NCBI GenBank assembly: GCA_963799845.1
Contig: CAWCYI010000004.1
Coordinates: forward strand, 1,792,001 to 1,856,000
DNA length: 64,000 bases
Direction of reading: 5' to 3'
From: an uncultured Nitrososphaerota archaeon
GTDB lineage: Archaea > Thermoproteota > Nitrososphaeria > Nitrososphaerales > CADDZS01
Of this stretch, positions 42,826 to 52,648 are shown one piece after another. The notes beneath the pieces are model-generated. The model had not been told where the DNA came from and ran no database searches. It was given only the letters and a program-made list of their open reading frames with translations. Made by a program: the position numbers and the translations under genes. How positions within the stretch are numbered: the first letter of the stretch is position 1; each line of letters begins with the position of its first letter.

Positions 42826-43293
42826 ATGAAGGAACTTCAGTCGGATAAAAGGATCCAAGGCAACGAAAACAAAAAGTCGCCGAAACTCAGGAAAACAAGA
42901 CCAATCAAAGTAATCACGCGAGTAACGACGAAGGCCCCCACTTCCAGCGCATGCGAAATGCCAATCTTGTCTGTGTTATCGAAGGCGCAAGAGGCAGGGA
43001 TGCCAACAAGGTCGGTAATTCAAGAAGTGAGGAACGGAAAATGGTTCAAGCTCAGCTACGATGACCTCAGAGGGCGCTACCCAGGATCAAAAAAGAAAAT
43101 TGTTGACAGCGTAGTCAAGTTCGCGCGAAAAAATCTCGTGATGAAAGGCGAAGTCTTTCCGGTTGGGGAAGGAAACCCCATTGGAATATGGAAAATAACT
43201 GCAAAGGGAGCGGATATGGCACAAATTCGAAGTGCCTTCTGGAAGCCTAGATATTCGACTCACGACGCCCTCGTGATAGAGGAGGAGAAATGA
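42826..43293 (+). CDS. stand-alone Mrr N-terminal (winged helix)-like protein
   Basis: PIL..L...G..., LS.DDL, V.FAR..L..KG, GIWKIT.KG resemble Mrr_N; no nuclease domain. Confidence 0.6.
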   Translation: MKELQSDKRIQGNENKKSPKLRKTRPIKVITRVTTKAPTSSACEMPILSVLSKAQEAGMPTRSVIQEVRNGKWFKLSYDDLRGRYPGSKKKIVDSVVKFARKNLVMKGEVFPVGEGNPIGIWKITAKGADMAQIRSAFWKPRYSTHDALVIEEEK

Positions 43294-43314
43294 CCGGGAG
43301 GTCACAAGCTCTCA

Positions 43315-43710
43315 GTGCAGTGCATGCGCGCAATGCGTGATCTCTTGGGGTATAGCATAGTGGTCAGACCTCGCTGGACAGTTCCGATCAATATGAGGCT
43401 CGAGGATAAGCCTGTCTTGGACGCAGCCCTTATAATTGCGAAGGAGGAGGGAACTGATATTACCAAAATTTTTCGGATGGCATTGTTGGAGTTCGTAAGA
43501 ACCAGGGCTGGGTCTGCAGAGGTGCGAAAAATAGACGAGTTCCTAGACAAATCAGCGATGTCAAGTACTTTGTACAATCGAATATTGACCCCTGCGGAGT
43601 TGAATAACTGGTCTGACGATAGTTTACTCGAGACTGCAAAGCTTGTGAGATCAAGAAAAGATGAACTCGATCCGGAACTTCGCCGCCGCGGCTCTTACGT
43701 CAAATGGTAA
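43315..43710 (+). CDS. ribbon-helix-helix (CopG-like) protein
   Basis: TVPINMRL...LDAA..IAKEEGTDITKIFRMALLEFV. Confidence 0.55.
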   Translation: MQCMRAMRDLLGYSIVVRPRWTVPINMRLEDKPVLDAALIIAKEEGTDITKIFRMALLEFVRTRAGSAEVRKIDEFLDKSAMSSTLYNRILTPAELNNWSDDSLLETAKLVRSRKDELDPELRRRGSYVKW

Positions 43711-43821
43711 GATCCCTGTAAATGTTTGGATGTCCCGGAGTAAGCTGTGAAGTTGTCAAAGTAGTAACCGAAGAGATTAGTTTCGGTAGGAAGAAATCTA
43801 AGCTTTAGAGATTGTTTATAC

Positions 43822-44232
43822 TCAGGGCCTGGCGAATTCAGCTTCATCCGTAAGATTAGACTTCAGGGAATCCAGGGAATCAGCAAGTTGCTGAGTGGAA
43901 AACGGCTTTAGAAGAAAGGAGAATCCTGCGTCAAATGCCTGCTGTTTTGCAAAATCATAGGCTGAGACTATCAATATCTTGGTGTGAATTCGGTAACGAT
44001 GAATTATCTTAGCGGCTTCGACTCCATTCATTTCGGGCATCCGGTAGTCCATGATGATCAAATCGAAAGATAAGTGATCTCTGGACATCGCTTTGACGAT
44101 AGAAGTTCCGTTATTGAAAATTGATGGAGACGGATATCCCAATTTTCCGATGACCTGAGAATAGAGAACAGGTAGGTCCGGATCGTCATCAACGATGGCA
44201 ACCTTCAAATCGTTTCTTGTTTGCATATACAT
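43822..44232 (-). CDS. single-domain response regulator (REC), copy A
   Basis: AIVDDD, MDYRMPEMNG, SA, KPF. Confidence 0.9.
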   Translation of the reverse strand: MYMQTRNDLKVAIVDDDPDLPVLYSQVIGKLGYPSPSIFNNGTSIVKAMSRDHLSFDLIIMDYRMPEMNGVEAAKIIHRYRIHTKILIVSAYDFAKQQAFDAGFSFLLKPFSTQQLADSLDSLKSNLTDEAEFARP

Positions 44233-44530
44233 TCACAATTTTCGAAAGCGAAAATTTGATGCGTGGAAAATACTAGAAGGAGACTCAGCACCAGTCAAGG
44301 CCGCTTTTGGATGAATGCAATAACCCGATTCCGGGCTGACAACAGTTGTTAAGATAGAGGATTCCTTTTCAACCTGAACCATCGCATACATCGAATTGTC
44401 GGCTTTCATTGTCAAAGTGATTATTCTTGAGAGGAAGCGACCTGAACAAACTATTAGAAATTGACGTTTAGAAATAAGCTAAATGCAATAATATGCAAAC
44501 ATTTGTCTCGTTTCGCTCAGAATGAAATTC

Positions 44531-45148
44531 CTATCTCTTAAGAGGCATGCTGAGGTACACAAAGCAACTCTTAGTGGAAACCTCGTAGTTTGTTTCAATT
44601 GCGGGGATTGAAGATTTGAAAAGATTCGTAATATACATTCCCAAGAATGTAGACCAGCGTTTGCCCAGATGGTGGCGAACAGCGATCTCATATTTTTCGT
44701 AACCATTGTTCGGGCCATCGTTGTCAGCATGATTCAGGTTTGTCCCACTACCTAGGCGGCCGTTACCATTAATCGGATCGATGACGATTTTTCCGATGTT
44801 GGCATAAGAAGAAAGTAACTCCAAGTATCGGACCGTGTTTTGAAAATTCACTTTCTTCCATCTGAATTTTATGAAGTCGATAGCTGTTTCGTTTGAGATC
44901 TCTTTCACGATTTTTTCCAGTTTTTCATCGTCAACAGATTCTATTAGAGTAAGTAGAGTTCCGCTATCTAATGTTATGAAAGGACTTTCGTGGTTTATGA
45001 TGAATTGTGCCCAATTCAGATACTGCTTCAATATTTCATTCATGAGGTTTGTTTGCGAGGTGCCCTGTTCCGCAACGAGCTTCTCGAAGGAAGTGTTCAA
45101 TTCCTCAAACAGCCTGAAGGTTCGAGTTATTGTTTTTCTCTGAGATTC
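44531..45148 (-). CDS. RHH domain plus uncharacterised C-terminal domain (start uncertain)
   Basis: frame extends upstream of the ORF track: RKTITRTFRL...S.TNLMNEILKQYLNW; C-terminal HHLGKRWS motif. Confidence 0.6.
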   Translation of the reverse strand, partial: ESQRKTITRTFRLFEELNTSFEKLVAEQGTSQTNLMNEILKQYLNWAQFIINHESPFITLDSGTLLTLIESVDDEKLEKIVKEISNETAIDFIKFRWKKVNFQNTVRYLELLSSYANIGKIVIDPINGNGRLGSGTNLNHADNDGPNNGYEKYEIAVRHHLGKRWSTFLGMYITNLFKSSIPAIETNYEVSTKSCFVYLSMPLKR

Positions 45149-45510
45149 AATTTCGTCTCTAGATCTGATTACGTTATCTCTCGGGTCGACCTCATTTCCG
45201 TCATTGCCAAAAACTTTCTCTTCCCCACTGTTCTTTGATGGTATTTTGTTTCACTTTTTGCATTTGGTAAATCAAAACACAGATCATTTGCGTGTGTTCG
45301 GCAGCGGATCGGACTGACCAAAATATTGGAGGAGTAGGATTGTGGAGAACTAACCCATTAGGTGCAAAAGAAATTCGAGGTGCGATCTAACTTATCACTT
45401 AAGAAAGGGGCGTTGCTACGCTAAAAGGTTTGTCGAGAGAAAGCTGGTTTATAGTAATTGTAGGAGAAACTTTGGTCTTTTTCCTATGCCTAAATGTTGA
45501 AGGGAAGTAA

Positions 45511-45729
45511 TTAAGACGACATATTGCAGCTAGCCCCATGCGGGTTACTGCATCGCGACAAGTTCGAATGTTTAAATTCAAAATTGGACACAGATCCATT
45601 ACTTTGGTCTCGGGCATTATCTTTACATGAACAGTTCTCAACTTTTTGATTACATCCACTACAGCGAAGACTATCGTTGTCGTTAAACGTGAATGTAGAC
45701 CACTTTTTACAAGTTTCACACAGTGGCAC
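45511..45729 (-). CDS. small Cys-rich putative metal-binding protein
   Basis: CxxC-x15-CxxC-x6-CxC pattern. Confidence 0.45.
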   Translation of the reverse strand: MPLCETCKKWSTFTFNDNDSLRCSGCNQKVENCSCKDNARDQSNGSVSNFEFKHSNLSRCSNPHGASCNMSS

Positions 45730-45872
45730 TGTGATTCAAGTCGTTATTAGATATTTCAACCTCTTAGAACAGGTACTAGATTTGTATCTAAGAAAATCCT
45801 ATTCGATTTCCACGATTCAAGTTACCTGATTAATATTAGAGCAGTTTGAAAAGTAAGAGCGTAAACAGTAGG

Positions 45873-46934
45873 CCTGCGAGATTATCCTTCCAAGTTTCTT
45901 AGCCCGATCGATCAGCTCGCTCGAGCCATCTGTTGCTCTCAATATGGAATCAATGAGAGAAAGCCTTTGCGTGCTTTGAAAATCCTCCTTCAACAATTCA
46001 GCGCCGGTTTTGGAAAACTGATTGTAGTTCCTGATGTCGTGCGCCATGATGTCCTGTAAAAGTTCCGCCGCTTTTCTGCTCCGTTTCTCCCTTTCCAGGA
46101 GAGCTTCTTCCTTCTCTCTGAGTTCTACCTCCTCCCACATTCTTTCGAAGAACCGAACGTCTGCGAGTACCATGGAATTCCTTGTCAAAATCTGGTTGCG
46201 AGTCGTCCTTCTGCTCAATGACGAGGAGGCATTCCTATCGACTACGAGGACAGTAACAGTGTTCGGAGTAGTGGCTTCAAGTATGCGCCTGTGATTGAAT
46301 AGTTTTCTACCGACCTTTGCCTCTGTCTTTCTATTCAAAGCTTGAAGAGTCTCCTGAATGAGGGAATCTGGAGTGATTATGCTGACCTTCACTCCTAGCA
46401 TCGATGCGACGGACTACAGAGTCTTCGATCACCCCGATTCTCTCGTCGCGATGGAATGCGCTGGAAGTTGGCAATATATCCAGAATATCTTCTTTGGCTT
46501 GATTGATCAGGTCGATATAACGCCTTTGAATCAGATAGGGATCGCGTATTATCTCAATTTTGGGCTGAACAATCCCCTCCTCAATTTCTTTGATCCGATC
46601 TTCTGCAGGAGTTGCCATATTCCAGAACATATCGAACACAATTCTGTTTTGCTCGATGAAAGGTCTGGCATTGCTATAGATGACCGTGACCATGACATTT
46701 GGCTGAAAGGTTGTGCTCGTCGGGGAGGACATGTACTCGTTGTCGCTGATGGCAAAGTTTCCCCTTACGCCTTCAAGATGACAAAGTTCTATGTTTTTCA
46801 TTCAGCTCCTTAGAGTACGCAATATTCTTCTCGTCAATCTTAGTGAGTATCCTGAGATGTCCTCCCCTCTTCTTTATGTCGAAGTATGCTTTGGCCGCGT
46901 TCAGAGCCTCTTGAGATTGTTCTGATTCGAGGGG
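45873..46934 (-). pseudogene. truncated, frameshifted paralog of histidine kinase 57646..59346
   Basis: near-identical peptides (DIMAHDIRNYNQ, ILEATTPNTVTVLVVDRN); lacks the N-terminus and HATPase domain; internal deletion. Confidence 0.85.
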
Positions 46935-47280
46935 ACGAACTTTTTTTAGCAATTATCGGAGAATTTATTTTGAGAATTGAAGTATCAGTGCCTTTCTTGC
47001 GGAAGAATCGTTTCAACTCATTTCCTCATCTCCGCAAAAAAAGACAGATAGGCCATTGCGAGAACTTGAACTAGCCGAATTATTCTCCGCTTTTCTGACG
47101 GGTTTTTGGTAGACTATATTCCAAATCCTAAGATTGGTTCTAGATTGTGGAAAATCTCTAATTATTAGCGAACAATTCTCCACAATACTTATCCACTTTG
47201 TCCTTTGGCTGTGGGAAGATGTCGTGGGCGAGTATTTCTGGGCTTTTTTGAAATTGATGTCCACCAGGGTGTGGGTGAAT

Positions 47281-47457
47281 ATGGACAAAGATAAAATCGA
47301 AGCAATTGAAAACTTGATTCGCGTTTTTTCGTGCGAGTTCCCTCGGAGGAATCATATTATTCTAGTTGACATGACTACTGGACGCTATCGCGTAGATGAG
47401 ATGCTTTCTCAAGAAATAAGGGAAGGAAATTCTGAGAAGCTAGTTATGCAGCACTAG
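47281..47457 (+). CDS. MDKDK microprotein, copy A (58 aa)
   Basis: GGTGA Shine-Dalgarno-like motif before ATG; paralog at 52511..52648. Confidence 0.7.
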   Translation: MDKDKIEAIENLIRVFSCEFPRRNHIILVDMTTGRYRVDEMLSQEIREGNSEKLVMQH

Positions 47458-47480
47458 GCTGACGGGCTTGAGTAAAGGCT

Positions 47481-48047
47481 GTGAAAATGAATCGGAAACC
47501 AAAAACGAACAATACCATAAACAAAAAGATCCCGGAAAATTTAGTTGGTAAGTTCCTCCCTTCCCAAGGGGTGCAGGGGGACGTCACGCATTCCGAGCTT
47601 ACAGATATAGACAGAAAAATATTGCGACTACTTCTCGAAACTGAGGGAGCTGTGCCGACACATGAAATCTCTCAGCAGCTTGGGCTTCCTCTGAGTACCG
47701 TGCAGAGAAGAAGGAAGAGACTGGAAGCAAATTATCTCCTCAAGCACTATTCGTTAGACCAGTTGAAATTCGGATTTAGGCTGATAGACCTTCTCATTTA
47801 CGCCGAAGGAGGTGAGACGATGAACGTCGGCAAGGAGCTGTTGAAACGCGAAGAGGTGACATATGCTGCAAGAACAATCGGAGAACATACTATCGATTTA
47901 CGCGTTGAAGTATCCGTGAAAGACAACGGAATCTTGCTAAATCTCCTTGAGGATGTAAAGGCAATGAAAGGCGTGAGAGACGTAATCTGGACCGAAGCAG
48001 TGGAGACGATTGGAAGGAAGAATCCTCCGAATCACTTTGTAATTTAG
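47481..48047 (+). CDS. Lrp/AsnC-family transcription regulator
   Basis: DIDRKILRLL...EISQQLGLPLSTVQRRRKRLE; RAM-like C-domain. Confidence 0.85.
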   Translation: MKMNRKPKTNNTINKKIPENLVGKFLPSQGVQGDVTHSELTDIDRKILRLLLETEGAVPTHEISQQLGLPLSTVQRRRKRLEANYLLKHYSLDQLKFGFRLIDLLIYAEGGETMNVGKELLKREEVTYAARTIGEHTIDLRVEVSVKDNGILLNLLEDVKAMKGVRDVIWTEAVETIGRKNPPNHFVI

Positions 48048-48064
48048 AGCTGTCTCTAGATCAA

Positions 48065-48391
48065 TTAGTAGCTGAAAGACTCAACTGCTTTGGAAGAGAG
48101 AAACGGAGTCATATTTCCTCTCTCGAATAGAGAATTTCGTACTTCAGTGCTTGGGACAAGTTCACTAATCTTGTCGTAAGCATTCATAAAACGGAGGCCC
48201 TTCTCGGTGATCGTATAGACTCGTGAACCTTCTTCGTATTTTATCAACTCCCTTTCTTGAAGGAGTTTTAGATATTCCTTCAATTGCACGTAGGACAAGT
48301 ATGCCTTGTACATTATGTGGGTCTTTGTAGCTCCCGATTTTATTGATCGAAGCATCGAGTCAATTATCTCGGTGCTGCCTCGGTATTTCAC
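48065..48391 (-). CDS. winged-helix regulator (COG3432-like)
   Basis: KYRGSTEII..ML, GATKTHIMYKAYLSY.QLKEYL, Y.ITEKG. Confidence 0.85.
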   Translation of the reverse strand: MKYRGSTEIIDSMLRSIKSGATKTHIMYKAYLSYVQLKEYLKLLQERELIKYEEGSRVYTITEKGLRFMNAYDKISELVPSTEVRNSLFERGNMTPFLSSKAVESFSY

Positions 48392-48743
48392 GATTCTTGA
48401 CCTTAGGCACTTCGATAAAGAGTCATAATAAAACAGGATGGTCAGCTTAAGATGACAAAATGTGAATGTTTTGTTCAAAAATCAGATGAAAATTGAACAT
48501 TTTACCTTCACAGAACCCTCTAATGCACAGCACGCTCGATTTCCAAAAAACCTACGCTAGCGGACGAGGAACTGTTCAAAATGAGGCCAAAAAATATGAA
48601 TGATCAAATATTTGAACGAACTGGGTCATAGCCAATTCTTGATCTTCGGATGAAAAAGCGATACTCCGGTTAAAGGGTTTCGTTAGATCCTGGAGGTAAA
48701 GCGATTCTTACGGTGAAAATTTCCATCAAACATATGAGGAAGA

Positions 48744-49052
48744 GTGTCGTTGGGGAGTATCATGGGCCTAGGAAAATGGATCGCGATATTTGTAGTGATA
48801 ATCATACTCTTTAGTTTCTTTGTGCCGGTTTTTCATTCGACGTCCGATTCTGGAAGATTCTTTGGGGCAACCTACCAGGTTGATGCCGACGAGTCTCTCG
48901 CGTTTCTTCTCGCTCACTGTGGTTCATACATGAATGCTCATTCAACTGCTACTTTGGGTGGAATCACAATAACGCATCAAATTTCAAGTGGTTACAATTT
49001 CAGCTGTAACTTCTCGACCTCGAACGAAAGTTCGTCTGTCAAGATTCGATAG
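48744..49052 (+). CDS. small membrane-anchored/exported protein, copy A
   Basis: N-terminal TM, two Cys; degenerate paralog at ~60040-60310. Confidence 0.65.
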   Translation: MSLGSIMGLGKWIAIFVVIIILFSFFVPVFHSTSDSGRFFGATYQVDADESLAFLLAHCGSYMNAHSTATLGGITITHQISSGYNFSCNFSTSNESSSVKIR

Positions 49053-49603
49053 AGCAATATCCGGTATCTGAATAATTCAAACCTATTTCATATTCAAATA
49101 AACAGGTTTAGCATTGTTCAAGAGATTTTTCGAATTAGGTGCTCATGCGCAGTGAATTCTTCGAAAAGCAAATTTGCTGCCCTTTCGACAGAACCCCTGA
49201 TAAAGGCCTGAGCACCTTCCGTTACTTCACACATTGGAATGTAAAGAGACTTCATGAGCGGGAGCCTGATTAAGTCATCAAAATTTTTCTGGCCTGACTC
49301 ATCAGACATTGAAAAGAATCCTCCAAATTGTGCTCCAGTACGGAAACCTATGTTTGACGTTCCAACCTTCTTTCTCTGATGGAAATTTGTACGGCCTCAA
49401 TTAACTATGGAACAGTTTAAACTACACCATTGTACAAATTGCCACCGGTGGTTTTTGCCGAAGTCTAGGAAGCTGCAACCAAGAGCACAACACGAGCAAG
49501 TCGCTTCTCGTATTTTTTCCTCGTCAACGGATTCCTGATGGCGTCAAAGAATTCCTGTAAACGGTCAAGCTCTACGCCGACTTCCATCGCCCTGATATAA
49601 ATG

Positions 49604-49683
49604 AGGAATCCTATTTAAGAACCTGAATCAAGAGCGGGCCTCTGGGGATTAACCTGTGCTACGGGTTCAAAAATAGGATTCCT
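49604..49683. mobile_element. 80-bp MITE-like element
   Basis: 20-bp terminal inverted repeats matching at 18/20 (AGGAATCCTATTTAAGAACC / GGTTCAAAAATAGGATTCCT), no ORF. Confidence 0.5.
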
Positions 49684-49720
49684 ACGAAAATGGCTGTAGC
49701 GTAGTTACATCATCTGCCAA

Positions 49721-49738
49721 TGCCCCGGCCGAGATTTG
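49721..49738 (-). other. tRNA 3'-end fragment, putative att site
   Basis: minus strand CAAATCTCGGCCGGGGCA = T-loop end, T-stem, acceptor stem and discriminator of an archaeal tRNA beginning GCCCCGG; rest of the tRNA absent. Confidence 0.55.
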
Positions 49739-49740
49739 TA

Positions 49741-50224
49741 TAAGGCTAATGTGGTTACATATCTCGCGTTAAATCACTAGTGGATAGGGTAGATGCAAAC
49801 GCCTGATGAGCTATGAACTTCATTACTCGAAACAGAGCACACAAGCAAGTTTCGCAAGATCGCCCGCTCGATTGAAGTACACTCCGTGGCAGTTAAAGAT
49901 CGGCTCTAGTCTAAAAAAACAAGAAAAACCTAAACTAGGCTTTTCCCCTTTTGAGTTACGGGTGTTTCTGGGCAAAGAGCGCATCTCTACTTGCCAATAC
50001 AGTAGAGGCCTCGGTGGTCGCAAACCAACTTTGAGAACACATCTCGCGATCGGCCATCTTCTTTGTTCTCTCGTTCCTAACAATCTCTGGTCAATTAAAT
50101 CAACTTCTTTCATCTCCTCCTGTGTGAATATCTCAGTAGCAAGAGAGTCTATCTCAGGCAGAACATAGAGTGCATCCAGCCGATTAGCCATGTCCTAACT
50201 ATCCTTGATTTCTTTCAATTTCAT
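49741..50224 (-). pseudogene. tyrosine recombinase/integrase remnant
   Basis: IFTQEEM...IARCVLKVGLRP/TEA resembles box I; VI*REICNHIS resembles the box II LGH region; stops and frameshifts. Confidence 0.45.
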
Positions 50225-50299
50225 CTTGAGTAGCGCGCGCGCGGACTAAGACAATGGGAGGAATTGTTCGGGTCAAAACAGCGTACCCAAGGATCTGAC

Positions 50300-50813
50300 G
50301 ATGATCCAAGTTATCCTTCGACAGCTCCAAGACAGGGCTCGTAGAAGATCCTCTTCTTGGCATACGCACTCTGGTAGTAGACGCACCTGAATTCTATAAG
50401 GCACTTAGGGACAACCTCTATACGCACTTTCCACGCGGCGCATCCATAATCCTCTACGAAATGGGTGCAGGCTATGGGGAGCAGATGGCAAAGAGCATCA
50501 AGGACATGGGCGCTGGCAAGATGGAGTTTTACAAGCGTTTTCTTGAGCGTAGCAAGCGCCATGGGTACGGCGAATTCAAGGTGCCCATACTTCAGGCAAT
50601 AATTTCTGGTCTCAAAGGAGAGGCAGGAGTCCACTTCAAGGACAGCTTCTTTGCTGCTCCCGCCGGGAATACGGGAAAGGTAGAGTGCTGGGATTGTCAC
50701 GGGAATGATAGCGGGAGCGGCAAGAAAAATTCTCGCCAAAGAGGTGGTCTTGCATCGAGGAACTTTGTATGTCCAAGGGCGACGATCATTGCGAGTTCAA
50801 ACTGATGGACTGA
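50300..50813 (+). pseudogene. V4R-domain protein with several frameshifts
   Basis: ILYEMG.GYG, GYGEF, DSFFA, C...GMIAG, EE.C.SKGDDHCEFKL across frames. Confidence 0.7.
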
Positions 50814-51321
50814 GAATGTCGAACCTTTTGTTATCTTAGACTGTCGATACCAGATTGCTTCCCTGGATAAGCCTCGTCACGATCGTGGAGTGCAGTCTGT
50901 CCAACATCATAGGAGACACTTGTCTTCCTCCCTTTTTCTTTTTGAGATGATTGCGAGTATGAAAGAATTAACGACGGATGAGAAACAGTATGTCATTACA
51001 CAGTGTACGCACCTGATCAACATGTGTGCGAAGACACCCTCCAAAGCAACATAAGTCGGAAGAGATTTCTCTTAACACTCGCCGCCCTTATTATCGGATT
51101 CATCATTCTGGGAGCACCGGACAATGCGTCGGGACTTGCAGAGTTGTCTGATCCTGCTCGTGATTTTTTCATCTGTAATAGTTGACCCTAAATCTTTACA
51201 GGGTTTCAATAAACAGGTAAAATGTTCGAGCATAACAACAATAAATCGCTGTTTAGAGAGTATCAATCCCTCAAGCAGAAGTTCGGCGTTTGAGTCGCAC
51301 ATCAGAGAAAAGCAAAAATTG

Positions 51322-51344
51322 GGGGCGCCTGTGGAGGACGCCCC
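51322..51344 (-). terminator. GC-rich hairpin downstream of 51390..51587
   Basis: GGGGCG...CGCCCC stem followed on the minus strand by T-rich sequence. Confidence 0.45.
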
Positions 51345-51389
51345 TTTACTGACCTAGAATCTGTCGAACATTCGTTCAGATGCTAGAGA

Positions 51390-51587
51390 TTACGCTTTAC
51401 TTAGGAGCGCATTCACAACATCCGCGGGGGCTCTGTATGTCTGGTCGGGCAGGCTCTTTGATACCCACTCCTTGTCACCAGAGGGCACGTCAGACATGTT
51501 ATTGCATGCCGCAACGACCTGCTCCTTTGATGCCGGATAGGATATGTGATTCTTGATGTGTCCAAGTTCTTCTTGTAGATTGCTCAT
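51390..51587 (-). CDS. DUF2795-like small protein
   Basis: ISYPASKEQVV...LPDQTY..PADVV pattern. Confidence 0.6.
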   Translation of the reverse strand: MSNLQEELGHIKNHISYPASKEQVVAACNNMSDVPSGDKEWVSKSLPDQTYRAPADVVNALLSKA

Positions 51588-52084
51588 CTTTTGATTTTCC
51601 TCTCCATTGTGAAATGTATCACCATTGTTATAAGCCGATCTCAAGATTCTTCGGTATTACTCCCTAGCATTTGCCGGCTTCTTCCCGGGAGCTTCAGCGA
51701 ATCGAGGGCTCATTCTCGGGTTGGAAAATTCCAAACGAAAGTACCTAACAAAGTTCAAAAATCTTAATGAGTGACCCGCTGCAATCAGTACGTCATGCCT
51801 AGAATGAAGAAGTGCGATAGTTGTGGGCATGAGGAATTTCTTCATTTGTACACGACCCAGATTTGCACTGCGAAAAGATGCAGATGCAACTGCTGGAAGG
51901 AACCTAATTCGCATCGCATGACAGAATCAATCGATTTGTATTAGTGCGGAGGAAAGCACGAAGTAGCGGTTCCTAGTGAATGAGTCGTCTATCAGAAAAT
52001 TCTCGAAGTTCAGGACTTTTCAAAGGAATACATTCGTGTCTTATCCCATAACGGCTTAATATCGGATATAGCCTTGAGACACTT

Positions 52085-52414
52085 ATGAAGAAATTTATCG
52101 TGTTATACAAGTCAGAGCAACCAGCGGAAGAAATGATCAGGAACACGACCGAAGAGCAAAGGAAACAAGGAATTGACTTGTGGATGCAGTGGGCAAGCAG
52201 AGCTGGAGATACGCTTGTTGATTTGGGCACGCCCCTCGGAAATGGGCGCAGCATCGCCAAAACCGGCACTGAAAACCTGCGTGCCGGAGTGAGTGGCTAT
52301 TCAATTATGCAGGGGGAAAGCATGGAGACGATTAGAAAACTCTTGGAGGAACATCCACATTTCATGACCCCTGGTAAGGTCTCGATCGAAGTTTACGAGA
52401 CCCTACTAATGTAG
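52085..52414 (+). CDS. YciI-like ferredoxin-fold protein
   Basis: MKKFIVLY, W.QW, LVDLG.PL, SGYSIMQ, HPH, IEVYE. Confidence 0.7.
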   Translation: MKKFIVLYKSEQPAEEMIRNTTEEQRKQGIDLWMQWASRAGDTLVDLGTPLGNGRSIAKTGTENLRAGVSGYSIMQGESMETIRKLLEEHPHFMTPGKVSIEVYETLLM

Positions 52415-52510
52415 CCAAGCCCCCCGAAGGCTGACGGTATGTTTCCCCTGACTCCGCTTCGAAAGAAAGTCTGAATGCTGACTTCACTCGCAAATCGGAC
52501 ACTTCCATTA

Positions 52511-52648
52511 CTATATCTGCGAGCTTGCGGCGGGCGAATCGATCCTTCGTTCTTCGAGATCGACTACAATAATATGATTCCGTCTAGGGAACTCGTGAGC
52601 AAAGACGTGAATCAAGTTTTCAATAGCTTTCATCTTATCTTTGTCCAT
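52511..52648 (-). CDS. MDKDK microprotein, copy B (45 aa; below ORF-track cutoff)
   Basis: MDKDKMKAIENLIHVFAHEFPRRNHIIVVD..., GGTGA motif upstream. Confidence 0.7.
   Translation of the reverse strand: MDKDKMKAIENLIHVFAHEFPRRNHIIVVDLEERRIDSPAASSQI

Noticed and set aside
49118-49590. Broken minus-strand ORF next to the MITE-like element
   Set aside because: Several stops and no recognisable motif; cannot be assigned.
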